This document shows positions 55,301-64,000 of a stretch of 64,000 nt of DNA, in pieces. The stretch is from positions 113,820,621-113,884,620 of the forward strand of contig JARDVH010000025.1 in NCBI GenBank assembly GCA_030324005.1, read 5' to 3'. A program made the translations under genes and the position numbers. The DNA comes from Negaprion brevirostris. Lineage: Eukaryota. The stretch's first letter is position 1; every line of letters starts with the position of its first letter. Below the pieces are notes generated by a model. That model was not told the DNA's origin. It made no database searches and saw nothing but the letters and a program-made list of their open reading frames with translations.

Positions 55301-58300
55301 TTGTTTTAATGCCTCCTCTGATTTGTAAAGGAAGTACAATTTTGCATCAATGTAGCACAGTCCTCAAGCTTGAAAAATCCCGAGGCATTTTACAGTCAAT
55401 TAAGTTTGAAATGGAGTCACTGTTGTAACGTAGAGAATGCAGCCGCCAATCTATAAACAACAAGATCCCACAAACAGCAATGAAATAATGACCAGATAAT
55501 CTGTTTTTAGAGATGATGTCTGAGAGATGAATATTGACCAAGTGCCATGGGATCTTTTACATCCACCTGAGAGGACAGATGGGTTGTTGGCTTAGTATTT
55601 CATTCAAAAGTCAGTATGTCCGATATTGCAGCATTCCCTCCATACTGCACCGGAAAGTCAGTCTAAATTCTGTGCAAAAGTCTCTCAATGTCACTAAACC
55701 ATAGAGATTTTTATGAGTGAAACCTCAGAGTGATTGAGCAATTGATGAAGATTCTGGGCATCTTATGCCCACAAAAACCTGGGCATCAGAACTAAATGCT
55801 GGGGTTTTTTTGAGGAAGGATCGATGAGGATTAAGATGTTGATATGATGTACATGGACTTCCAGAAGGCATTTGATACAATGCTAGGCTTGTGAAAGAAG
55901 TTGTACCATGGAATAAAAGGGACAATCGCAATGTGAATACAAAATTGGCTGAATAACAGGAGGCAGAGAGTAATGGTCAATGGATATTTTTCAGGCTGGA
56001 GGAAGATTTGTAGTAGTGTTCTCCAAGGGTCAGTATTGGGACCCTTGCTTTTCCTGATATATATTAATGGTCTACATCTTAGTGTGCAGAGGACAACTTC
56101 AAGTTAGCGGATGACACAAAACTTGGAACTGTGAAAAGGATAGTGTGGAACTTCAAAAGGACAAAGACAGGTTGGTGGAATGGGCAGATAGGTGGCAGAT
56201 GAAGTTCAATATGGAGAAATGTGAGGTGATGCANNNNNNNNNNNNNNNNNNNNNNNNNNNNNNNNNNNNNNNNNNNNNNNNNNNNNNNNNNNNNNNNNNN
56301 NNNNNNNNNNNNNNNNNNNNNNNNNNNNNNNNNTATGGAGAAATGTGAGGTGATGCATTTTGATGGGAAGCACATGGAGAGACAATAAGGAGTAAAATTC
56401 GTAAAAGGGTGCAGGAGAAGAGGGACCTAGGTGTATATGCGCATAGATCATTGAAGGTAGCAGGACAGGTGGCAAGAGCAGTTAAAAAAGCATACAGTAT
56501 CCTGGGATTTGTTTATAGGAGCATAGAGTACAAAAAGCAAGGAGGTTATGCTAAACTTATACAAGTCACTAGTTAGACCTCAGCTGGTGTATTACATACA
56601 GTTCTTGGCACTACACATTAGGACTGATATGAATGCTTTGGAGAGAGTGCAGAATTGGTTTACAAGAATAGTTCCGGGGATGAGAAACTTCAGTTATGAG
56701 GATAGATTGGAGAGGTTGAGACTGTTCTCCTTGGAGAGGAGAAGGCTAAGAGGATATTTGATAGAGATGTTTAAAATCATGAGGGGATTGGGCAGAGTAG
56801 ATAGGGAGAAACTGTACCCACTGGTAAAAGGATCAAGAACAAGAGGGCACAGAATTGATTTGCAGAAGAAGCAAATGTGAGGAAATTTTTTTACACAGCG
56901 AGGGGTTCGGGTCTGGAATGGGTCTGGAAGTGTGGTGGAGGCAGGTCCAATCGAGACATTCAAGAGGGCATGAGATGATTACTTGAACAGAAACAATGTG
57001 CAGGGATATGGAAAAAAGACCGGGGAATGGCACGAAGCCATGGTACTCATTTCGAGAGCCAGTGCAGACACAATGGGCCAAATGGTTTTTTTTGGTGTGG
57101 CCATAATTTTCTGATTCTTTGAAGCAACATTCACATTTCTTTAATTTTTCAGTAACTTTGTTTAGTCTGACACCTGTCTGCGCTCCTCCAATAATTCTCA
57201 TCCTTCATTTCTTAATACCTATTTCTTACAGCAAGCCTCTTTTAAATCTTTATTAGTTCTGCTGTCAAATTTTATTTGATAACACCTCAGTCAAGCGCTA
57301 TATAAATGTAAGATGTTGTTGCAAACACTTCACATGATGCACACATCCTCTCTTCCAGAAAGTAAGATAATTAGCTTTAATCCATGAGGAGCCCATAGGC
57401 TCTGTTACAGAGGGACAACTGGTTATATAACTTGAAGGGCACCACTCAGATCAAGCTTGGGGCAAGGAAAGGAGGGAGCCCTGCATGAACTTTCACTACC
57501 CCTTCTGGTTTAACCAACAGGCTCCAGACAAAAACTCTTGAGGACCATGAGGTTGGGACAAACAAAAGATGAAACTGAAGATAATGAAGCAGGATATTGT
57601 AATTATATAAGGTAAGATAAAGTCATCATAGTCTTAGATGATGCTAGGCGGTGACTTACCTGAGGATCACTGCACCTCCAGGTGAGGGGATTGAGAAAGT
57701 GTGGCCTTCATGAATAACCTCAGCCAGTACAGGAACTGAACCCACTTTGCTCTGTATCACAAACTAGCCATCCAGCCAACTTAGCTAAACCAACCCCATT
57801 ATATATAGTTAAAGGGAAGCTAGATAAGCACCTAAGGGAGAAAGGCATTTTAAAAATGATTATTTATTCATTCATGGGATATGGGCATCGCTGGCTAGAC
57901 CAACATTTATTGTCCACACTCATTTTCCCTTGAGAAGGTAGTGGTGAGCTGCTTCCTTGAACTGCTACAGTCCATATAGTGTCAGTAATGCCCACAGCAC
58001 TGTTAGGGAAAGAGTTCCAGGATTTTGACTCAGCAACAGTAAAGGAATGACACTATATTTCCAAGTCAGGATGCTGTGTGGCTTGGATGAGAACTTGCAG
58101 ATGATGGTGTTCCCATACATCCGCTTATCCTTCAAAGCGGTCACGAATTAGGATGGTGTTGTCAAAGGGCAAGTTGAGAGAGTGACATGAAAACGGGTGG
58201 GAGGAGGTTTGCTGGGAGCATAAATACTGGCGCAGACCAGCTGGGCTGAATGGTCTGCTTTAGTGCTTTGCACTCGATGGAGCTGAACATCTTTCTTCAT

Positions 58301-61300
58301 CTACTGCTCCTTGTGAGTTTCCAGTACCTGTGAAGTTCCTGCAGCCTCCAGCTGTGCAGCCTTTGGTCCAAGCCCCTTCAAAAACTGTCATTTCCCATTT
58401 GTGAAAGGTATCAGTGTCCAGTGAGTCCGGAGTAAGATTACAGATCTCTACCGTGTCATAATACTTCTTAAAATCATCNNNNNNNNNNNNNNNNNNNNNN
58501 NNNNNNNNNNNNNNNNNNNNNNNNNNNNNNNNNNNNNNNNNNNNNNNNNNNNNNNNNNNNNNNNNNNNNNNNNNNNNNCTGTTCTTTCTTTATTCTGCAC
58601 TCTCTCCTTTCCTTCTCCTCTATGTACTCTATGAACTGTATGTTTTGTCTGTATTGCGTGCAAGAAACAATGATTGAGGTTCTCTGGGCTCCCAGCCATG
58701 TGTTTCCCACTGGTGGGAGGAGGCGTGTTGTTTGCTAGTGGCGGGATTCTCTGGTCCCGCTGCTGCCAATGAAAATTTTCATTGACGTCACCCGATGCCG
58801 GTCGTAAACCTGCAGACGTCGGTCCGCTGCCTGTAGGAACCGGAGAATCCTGCCTACGTGAATGGCCATCGACTTCTGGCCAATACGTTTCACTGTGTGC
58901 CAATACATGTGTCAGGAATAAATCAAATTAAAATCAAAACCAAAACCTGTATTCAATCTTTCTTTAACCTTTTCCGATCCATTCACTTTGCTGCTATCAG
59001 CCTTACAAATCTTTGCTTTCCATGGCTCTAGTATCTTTCCTATAATGAGGCAGCCAGAAATCTAATATGGGCCAAATGGATGTCCTGTATAAATTCAACA
59101 TCACTTGATCAATAATCAATTAGATTGAATTAAATCCGTAAATCCACAAAATGTATACCTATCTAAATTCTAACTCAGGTTTTCTATTACCATTTGGCCA
59201 CATCTCCCAAAAGGGTGAAGAGAAAGACCCGTTCCAAAGCATTTTTAAAATTTAATGAAGAACTTTTGCAGCATAGTTACTGTTACAATGTAGGAAACAG
59301 GGCAGCCAATTTGCCCACAGCAAGATCCCACTGACATGGCATGGCAGCACAGCGGTTAGAACTGCTGTCTCATAGCGCCAGGGACCCGTGTTCAATTCCC
59401 AGCTCGAGTCATTGTCTCTTTGGAGTCTGCACGTTCTCCCCGTGTCTGCATGAGTTTCCTCTGGGTGTTCCGGTTTCCTCCCATAGTCCGAAAGACATGC
59501 TGGTTAGGTGTATTGGCCATGCTAAATTGCCCATTTGTGTCCCAGGATGTATAGGTTAGAGGGTTTAGAGAAGTAAAGATGTGGGGTTACAGGGATAGGG
59601 GTTAGGTATGATTGTTGTTGGTGCAGACTTAATGGGCTGAATGGCCTCCTTCTGCACTGTAGGGATTCTATGATGATTCTGTGATTACCAGAACAGGCAT
59701 CGGAGTGTGGCGATCAGAGGATTTTCACAGTAACTTCGTTGCAGTGTTAACGTAACCCTAATTATGACACTAATAAGTAAACTTTTAACAATGTGATGAT
59801 AACTAAGTGATCTGTATTTTTAATGATGTTGGTTAAGGGATAAATACTGGTCAGAACACTGGGAATACTCCCCTACTTTTCAAAATAGTTCAGTAGGGAT
59901 CTTTAACATCCACCTAAGACCGTTTAACTTCTGATCTGAAAGGCAGCATTCCCCTCAGTGTGACATTCCCTCAGCATTGTGCTAAAGCATCAACCTGAAA
60001 TACATTCTAAGTCTTGGAGTGGGACTTGAGCCCACAGCCTTCTGATTCATAGCTAAGAGTCATAGTGCAGAATCCTATCCACCTGGGATCTGAGTCCAAT
60101 GCCAGTTGAATCTCCAATTCAGGATGAGTAAGATAGCAGTGATAGATTTCCCAAGTCAGCTCTTGGAGGCGGAGACCTGCTGTAATGACTATGTGTTGCA
60201 ATCTATAAGCCCCTTAAAATAATTTGGGGTCCTGGGCAAACTAGGCTCTCTTGAGATGGTTACACGGGCCCACCTATCACTGGAAATCAAAATCCAGGGG
60301 ACTAATCCCACAATCCTCAAAGCAACACAGAGCTCAACATTGAAAATACACAGACGACAACAAATGCATTAGAAGACACTTATCTCCTGTCGGCATATCA
60401 TTGGCATTTGCCTGCGCACAACTAGGAAAACCAATTCTCTGGCATAGACCCTGGGAAATGCAGGATAAGGTTGGGTGGGTAGATGCAAGCAATGGCTAAC
60501 TTGGCAGAATGCATTCCTCTAACATATTTCTGCTTTCACAGTGTACGCACCAGATCTACCTAAAAGGCCTAACATTTTCCAGGTAAGTTCTGGAGCTAGA
60601 GTACACTATGCAGCTCTCGTCACTGCCACAGAGGGAAGACATGATTCCACTTAGGAAGTTACAGAGGAGATTTACCAGGATGTTGCCTTTACTGGAGAAT
60701 TTTAGTTGTTCAGAAAGATTGGATATGTATATTTTGAAACACAGGAGGCTGAGGGGGGAATCTAAGCATGTAATATGATGAGAGGTTTAGATACACTGGA
60801 TAGAAAGGTCCTGTTCCCCTTAGTTGAGGGACTCATAACCAGGGGCATAGATTTAGGGTAGATGGGAGGAAGTGTCGGGGTTAGAGGGGAAATTCACACA
60901 AAGGATGATTGGGGATCTGGAACTCACTGCCTGAAAGAGCGGTAAAGGCAAAAAATGCTTGAATTGCTGTATCCTATAAGGCTACGGGGTGAAGCAGGGT
61001 GGCTGCTGGTCAGCTGGCATAAAAATAATGGGCAGAATGGCCTCCTTCCTGGCTATACATTTCTATGATGCTAACTACAGGATTGACAAAGTATCACACA
61101 AAACATTACAAGAATATATCAATTAGTTCTTAATGGGAATTCAAACTGCTTCCTAGTCATCAGCTATACTTTACCAGAACTCTCCATCATTTTTGGAGAC
61201 CATGTTCAATCTTTGATGTTCAGTGGCATCCACTGTCTTCCATTCAGGAGAGCTGCGAAGCAGAGAAGGAAAGTTAGCTACAGTCATACTTTACAGTCTA

Positions 61301-63012
61301 AGCATGATGAGGGCTGCACTGTGGGATATCAGAGGGGTAACTGTGACCAATGTGGGAATTGATGACAGTGCAGCATGTGAAGCAAACACAGAGGCTCCTT
61401 CAGGATGTGGATAGGGAACAAAGCAGATATGAAAGGCAAAAGATTATTATATTCCCCTAGTTGGAGTGGTCTCAATGCTTGAACAGTTGAGTTTCAGCTA
61501 CATTAGTCAAGAAGCTCGATACAATTAGGAATAGAAGAGTTCAGGTGACCAATACTCCTGACCATCAAACAGCAACTCAACCAAATTATTTTTGACAACA
61601 CTTTGCTCCCCTCTGATCGCTACCATCAAAAAAGACAAGAGCATTAATGTCTAGGGAATACCATCACCTCCGAGATTTTCTCCAAGTCACACACCACACT
61701 GAGTTTAGTAGAAATCACCTCATTACTAAATCAGTCTAGAAATTCATTAACTAACATCATAGTGGGAGCACCTACACCACACGGAATGCGGTGGAAGAGG
61801 GGAAGTCCTATCATCATCTTCTCAGGGAAACAGAAAAACTCTATCACTTGGTGGAATAGTTCAGGGCGAGGGGAGAACTTTTCTTTTAATATTAGAGTGA
61901 AACTATTTAGGGATTACATCAGGAAGCACTTCTTTACACAAAAGAGATTGAAAACGTTAAACACTCTCGCCACAGAATGTTATTGAAGCTGAGAATCAAT
62001 TGAAAATTTCCAGACTGAGATAGATGTATTTTTATTAGACAAGGGTATTAAGGGTTAGGAGGGAACCAAGGCAAGTAGATGGAGCTAAGGTACAGATTAA
62101 CCAGGATCTAACTGAATAATGGGACAGGTTTGAGGGGCTGAATGGCCTCTTTCTTTACTAAGGAATAAGCTATAAATGCTACCTTGTCAGCATTGTAAGA
62201 ACAAAGCAAAAGCTGTGATAACTGCTTATGTCATGAAATTCAGTGATAAGCGTTTATATAGGGAATGTCAACACCAGGAAGTGATGTTTATGATTAGGAA
62301 GTAGATACAAGCTTTTTTGGATAATATTCATTAATTGCCCTGGGGATTTATATCGTATTGGACTGCGTGTTCACCTCAAGTGTGAAGATCTTTTTCTCCA
62401 ACCACAGGTTGGGGTGAAATCTTTAGTTTACTCCTAGAGACAGAAATTAATATGGATGTGCCTGTTTTTCAGGCATAAAGCAGGCACCAGTTTAACAGTG
62501 GGCTGGCTAAATAAATGCACCCAACCCACCACACAAGCAGTCAACATGCACCTCACTTCACTTGTCCTTGCTTTACATGCGTAGCACTTCAGTCATACGG
62601 GTAGGTACAAAGCTACGTAGATAAAAATCAGCGGAATGTGCCAACCCTGTGCATGGGCAATAATGAACAAAATGTGGGCTGCACATGGCTCCCAGGCTGC
62701 AGGTTACCCACCACTGGCTTATATCTTGAGATAGATAAAGGTGGGAAGAAACTCATGTGGACCGGAAACACCAGTCTAGAGTAGATGTGCCAAAATGGTC
62801 TGTCTCAATGCTACAAATTCAACGTAATCTTAACTCTTGGTGATTAAAATCACCAGTAAATTGAAGATGTACTGGATTGTGTTGTGCTTGCTTCGTATTC
62901 TGCTCTGTGGTTAATCTGTCACCTACTCATCACTCCAGGATCCGCTCCACTCTACTTGACCCCAAGGATTTCTTACACGGATCAATTGTACTGGTTGACC
63001 TCTGGAGTTCAC
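31342..63012 (-). CDS. CAPN9: Classical calpain large subunit, CAPN9-like (partial; 5' exons with catalytic Cys/His lie beyond the window end). Exons: 62927-63012, 61175-61252, 58328-~58488, 54317-54486, 53195-53403, 52493-52529, 51775-51858, 50249-50306, 44633-44697, 42995-43063, 42825-42903, 37924-~38040, [59-nt exon not resolved], 31342-31368
   Basis: In-frame spliced translation gives RNPWGQVEW (catalytic Asn), [29 protein letters not shown], the C2-like domain and penta-EF domain. Diagnostic similarity to CAPN9 as I recall it: ADLPE|[28 protein letters not shown], 209-nt exon without the 12-nt micro-exon of CAPN1/2. Exon sizes 86/37/58/65/69/79 match the classical calpain structure. Confidence 0.85.
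31420..31590 (-). mobile_element. 5'-truncated HE1-type SINE
   Basis: caatttagcatggccaatccacctaacctgcacatctttgg. Confidence 0.7.
33811..34160 (+). mobile_element. Different tRNA-derived SINE family
   Basis: Pol III-like head gtggtggcataatg...gggtccaagtcc; 3' tail ggatgggcaat...atcccacgaatgaataaaa shared with LINE ends at 37220 and 57860. Confidence 0.65.
34300..34545 (+). mobile_element. HE1-type SINE (alternative tail)
   Basis: Core ctccggtttcctcccacagtccaaaag; tail ggggattttcacagt... Confidence 0.8.
35245..35542 (-). mobile_element. HE1-type SINE (alternative tail)
   Basis: Full reverse-complement copy ending gcagtgctaaccactgtgcc. Confidence 0.85.
35586..35900 (+). mobile_element. HE1-type SINE (CR1-like tail)
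   Basis: ccagggacccaagttcaattcc...ggccatgctaaattgccc...gggctgaatggcctct. Confidence 0.85.
36312..36635 (+). mobile_element. HE1-type SINE (CR1-like tail)
   Basis: Full head, core and attctatg tail. Confidence 0.85.
36740..37212 (-). mobile_element. L2-like LINE 3' fragment
   Basis: ggacaggtgaccaaatgcttggtcaaagagg... resembles elasmobranch L2 3' ends as I recall them. Confidence 0.45.
37470..38272 (-). mobile_element. Two HE1-type SINE fragments (about 37470-37695 and 38084-38272) flanking the calpain EF4 exon
   Basis: gaggaaactggagca...gtgcaaactccaca cores. Confidence 0.7.
37924..38040 (-). CDS. CAPN9: Calpain EF4 exon; 5' half lies in the gap (sequence visible only to 37983), start inferred from the usual 117-nt size
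   Basis: [19 protein letters not shown]|gtgagt. Confidence 0.85.
39315..40705 (-). mobile_element. CR1-like LINE 3' portion
   Basis: Minus-strand RT remnants ([10 protein letters not shown]...[10 protein letters not shown]), gacccagcac (VLGP) motif, catagaatc tail. Confidence 0.85.
41513..41740. repeat. 30-bp minisatellite, about 7.5 copies (ggatcactattcctgatcccagtaatgctg)
   Basis: Indel-free 30-nt periodicity. Confidence 0.9.
42825..42903 (-). CDS. CAPN9: Calpain EF3 exon (79 nt)
   Basis: cag|[26 protein letters not shown]|gtaaag. Confidence 0.92.
42995..43063 (-). CDS. CAPN9: Calpain EF2 exon (69 nt)
   Basis: cag|[23 protein letters not shown]|gtaagg. Confidence 0.9.
43064..44632 (-). 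other. U12-type (minor spliceosome) GT-AG intron
   Basis: 5' splice site GTATCCT, branch site TTCCTTGAC at 43080-43088 close to the 3' AG, no polypyrimidine tract. Confidence 0.85.
43655..44405. mobile_element. GC-rich non-autonomous DNA element (Harbinger/PIF-like)
   Basis: Abrupt GC-rich block ending gggaaaattccacc, the same terminus as the 49878 MITE; no coding motif. Confidence 0.5.
44633..44697 (-). CDS. CAPN9: Calpain exon (65 nt) followed by a U12-type donor
   Basis: cag|[21 protein letters not shown]|GTATCCTG. Confidence 0.9.
44723..46450 (-). mobile_element. 5'-truncated Penelope-like retroelement: RT C-terminus plus GIY-YIG endonuclease ORF (45190-46308), pLTR, and an inverted pLTR piece
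   Basis: [24 protein letters not shown]; [34 protein letters not shown] (degenerate GIY-YIG); [10 protein letters not shown] terminus. Confidence 0.9.
47129..47290 (-). mobile_element. HE1-type SINE 3' fragment
   Basis: catggccaatcaacctaacccgcacatctttggactgt. Confidence 0.7.
48930..49325 (-). mobile_element. Old Deu-domain-type SINE (SacSINE1/AmnSINE-like)
   Basis: ...cccctcagtattgcattgac...cagccttgattatgggctcaag...ggacttgaa; same family at about 55370-55700 and 59790-60075. Confidence 0.55.
49878..50005. mobile_element. 128-bp MITE (Harbinger/Tourist-like)
   Basis: Terminal inverted repeats ggagtgggattttcc / ggaaaattccacccc (13 of 15 match). Confidence 0.65.
50249..50306 (-). CDS. CAPN9: Calpain EF1 exon (58 nt)
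   Basis: cag|[19 protein letters not shown]|gtgagt. Confidence 0.9.
50753..50896. repeat. 23-bp minisatellite, about 6 copies (ctcctgaatctcccgtgttccca)
   Basis: Direct periodicity. Confidence 0.9.
50930..51680 (-). mobile_element. Old CR1-like LINE 3' fragment
   Basis: Colinear with the 7988-8620 CR1 remnant. Confidence 0.6.
51775..51858 (-). CDS. CAPN9: Calpain exon starting the penta-EF domain (84 nt)
   Basis: cag|[28 protein letters not shown]|gtgagc. Confidence 0.9.
51925..52205 (-). mobile_element. HE1-type SINE
   Basis: Reverse-complement core and CR1-like tail. Confidence 0.85.
52493..52529 (-). CDS. CAPN9: Calpain linker exon (37 nt)
   Basis: cag|[12 protein letters not shown]|gtgagt; size and phase fit. 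Confidence 0.88.
52615..52930. repeat. G/T-rich degenerate minisatellite including a 31-bp unit (ttgatgggatatttgttgattgtagaggtaa)
   Basis: 2.5 near-perfect copies at about 52738-52820 in GGTTGGA-rich sequence. Confidence 0.75.
53195..53403 (-). CDS. CAPN9: Calpain C2-like domain exon (209 nt)
   Basis: cag|[16 protein letters not shown]...[32 protein letters not shown]|gtaaga. Confidence 0.93.
53590..53875 (+). mobile_element. HE1-type SINE (alternative tail)
   Basis: gttagcactgctgcctcacag...gggttcaattcc...ggggattttcacagtaacttcattg. Confidence 0.85.
54317..54486 (-). CDS. CAPN9: Calpain C2-like domain exon (170 nt)
   Basis: cag|[56 protein letters not shown]|gtacat. Confidence 0.93.
55370..55700 (-). 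mobile_element. Deu-domain-type SINE
   Basis: gtgccatgggatcttttacatccacctgagagg...gcagcattccctc. Confidence 0.6.
55800..57120 (+). mobile_element. CR1-like LINE 3' portion
   Basis: [46 protein letters not shown]. Confidence 0.9.
57860..58170 (-). mobile_element. LINE 3' end sharing its tail with the 33811 SINE (other copies about 37220-37395, 40820-41215, 61550-61830)
   Basis: Reverse complement of ...ctcaccactaccttctcaaggga...caataaatg...gccagcgatgcccatatcccatgaatgaataaa. Confidence 0.6.
58328..58488 (-). CDS. CAPN9: Calpain exon at the PC2/C2-like boundary; 5' end lies in the gap beyond 58478 and is inferred
   Basis: [50 protein letters not shown]|gtactg. Confidence 0.92.
58672..58881. 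mobile_element. 210-bp GC-rich MITE inserted into a LINE tail, 3-bp TSD AAT
   Basis: Host tail caagaaacaat|acgtttcactgt is uninterrupted at about 8875-8895; internal inverted repeat ggcgggattctctggtccc / ggaaccggagaatcctgcc. Confidence 0.65.
59336..59785 (+). mobile_element. HE1-type SINE carrying both tail types in tandem
   Basis: Head/core 59336-59530, CR1-like tail to about 59685, alternative tail about 59686-59785. Confidence 0.8.
59790..60075 (-). mobile_element. Deu-domain-type SINE
   Basis: gggatctttaacatccacct...ggagtgggacttgagcccacagccttctga. Confidence 0.6.
60600..61072 (+). mobile_element. CR1-like LINE 3' fragment
   Basis: cagaggagatttaccaggatgttgcct...gggcagaatggcctcct. Confidence 0.7.
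61175..61252 (-). CDS. CAPN9: Calpain exon (78 nt)
   Basis: cag|[26 protein letters not shown]|gtaaag. Confidence 0.92.
62927..63012 (-). CDS. CAPN9: Calpain exon with catalytic Asn (86 nt)
   Basis: tag|[28 protein letters not shown]|gtaggt. Confidence 0.93.
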
Positions 63013-63529
63013 CTACAAAGGAGATAAGAGAGAGATCAGAGAATCAATTCGTATTCAAAGTGTGCCGCAACTTTAAAAAAATGGCATCTGGAAAGATAAA
63101 AGATTTAATCTAATATGCCGAGTGGGGAGCTGTGTTAAAGGGACATACAGCTTGAAAACAAATTTGCAAAGCACTGGCCTCGCCATCTCCATTTGAAGAT
63201 TCCCCCTGTCCCCCTCACCCCACCCCGTGCCACCCCACATTACTCCTTTGCCCCTTCTCCCCAAGAGTACAGTAAGAGATTGGGACGTAAGTAGATAAAG
63301 GGGTTATAACTCTGCGCAGGTATATTTCTGAGTAAGCATTAAATGAAGCAAGACTACAGCCCACAGGAGCTTTTGGTCAGACAAGACCATCCAGAGGAGG
63401 GGAGGGGGTCCAACAACCACAACAAGTCATTTTGGGTAAGTTAGGCAATGAGCGATGGCCGGGGTTGGGTGTGGCGGTTGGTGTATTTCTTAAGAAGTGT
63501 GATCACCATGTGAGAGAAGGGCCACACAT

Positions 63530-63806
63530 TATTTATTTATTAGTATCACAAGTAAGCTTACATTAACACTGCAATGAAGTTACTGTGAAAATGCATAAGT
63601 TTCCACACACCAGTGCCAGGTGCAAGGCCAATGCACCCAACCAGTATGTCTTTCAGACAATGGGAGAAAACCAGAGCATCCGGAGAAAACCCACACAGAC
63701 ACGGGGAGAACATGCAGATTCCACACAGTCACCCAAGTCATGAATTGAATCTGGGTCCCTGGTGCTGTGAGGCAGCAGTGCTAACCATTGTGCCACCGTA
63801 CTGCCC
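63530..63806 (-). mobile_element. HE1-type SINE (alternative tail)
   Basis: Reverse-complement full copy ending gtgctaaccattgtgccaccgt. Confidence 0.85.
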
Positions 63807-64000
63807 CATGGAACTGCACTGAGAGCAGCACAATAACGTTTGACAATCCAGGTAGAGCAGTCATGTTGATTTATTCTGTTTTTTGGACTTAGGATGTGAA
63901 GACAGACTGGCAGAGATAAGATAAGAAAAAGGCAAAGTCAAAGGAGCTGTTAAGATCATAATGCTTATGATTATAGCATAATCGCCAATCATTCCTAGCC

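Noticed and set aside
56203-56360. Direct repeat tatggagaaatgtgaggtgatgca on both sides of a gap
   Set aside because: Most likely an unmerged contig overlap within a CR1 element

Overview
Vertebrate genomic DNA, almost certainly elasmobranch (shark/ray), judged from abundant HE1-type tRNA-derived SINEs, Deu-type SINEs and CR1/HER1-like LINEs; draft assembly with many N gaps. Two spliced protein-coding genes converge tail-to-tail. (1) KATNA1 (katanin p60 AAA ATPase) on +, all 10 coding exons traceable from 4767 to the stop at 22448, two of them interrupted by gaps. (2) The 3' part of a classical calpain, best matching CAPN9, on -, from the catalytic-Asn exon (63012) to a probable terminal exon at 31342-31368; its 5' exons lie beyond the window and it has a U12-type intron. 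The rest is introns and intergenic DNA full of CR1, RTE, L2-like and Penelope-like retroelements, SINEs, Harbinger-like MITEs and minisatellites. The most notable observations are miniature inverted Penelope pLTR insertions with 12-14 bp TSDs (one with an apparently intact minimal hammerhead ribozyme), a degenerate EF-hand 2 in the calpain, a Gly at the katanin position matching the Xenopus spindle-scaling phosphosite, a non-mammalian KATNA1-CAPN9 adjacency and a two-tailed chimeric SINE. All calls come from manual reading and recall of the families; no searches were run, and I cannot demonstrate a wholly new biological system here.
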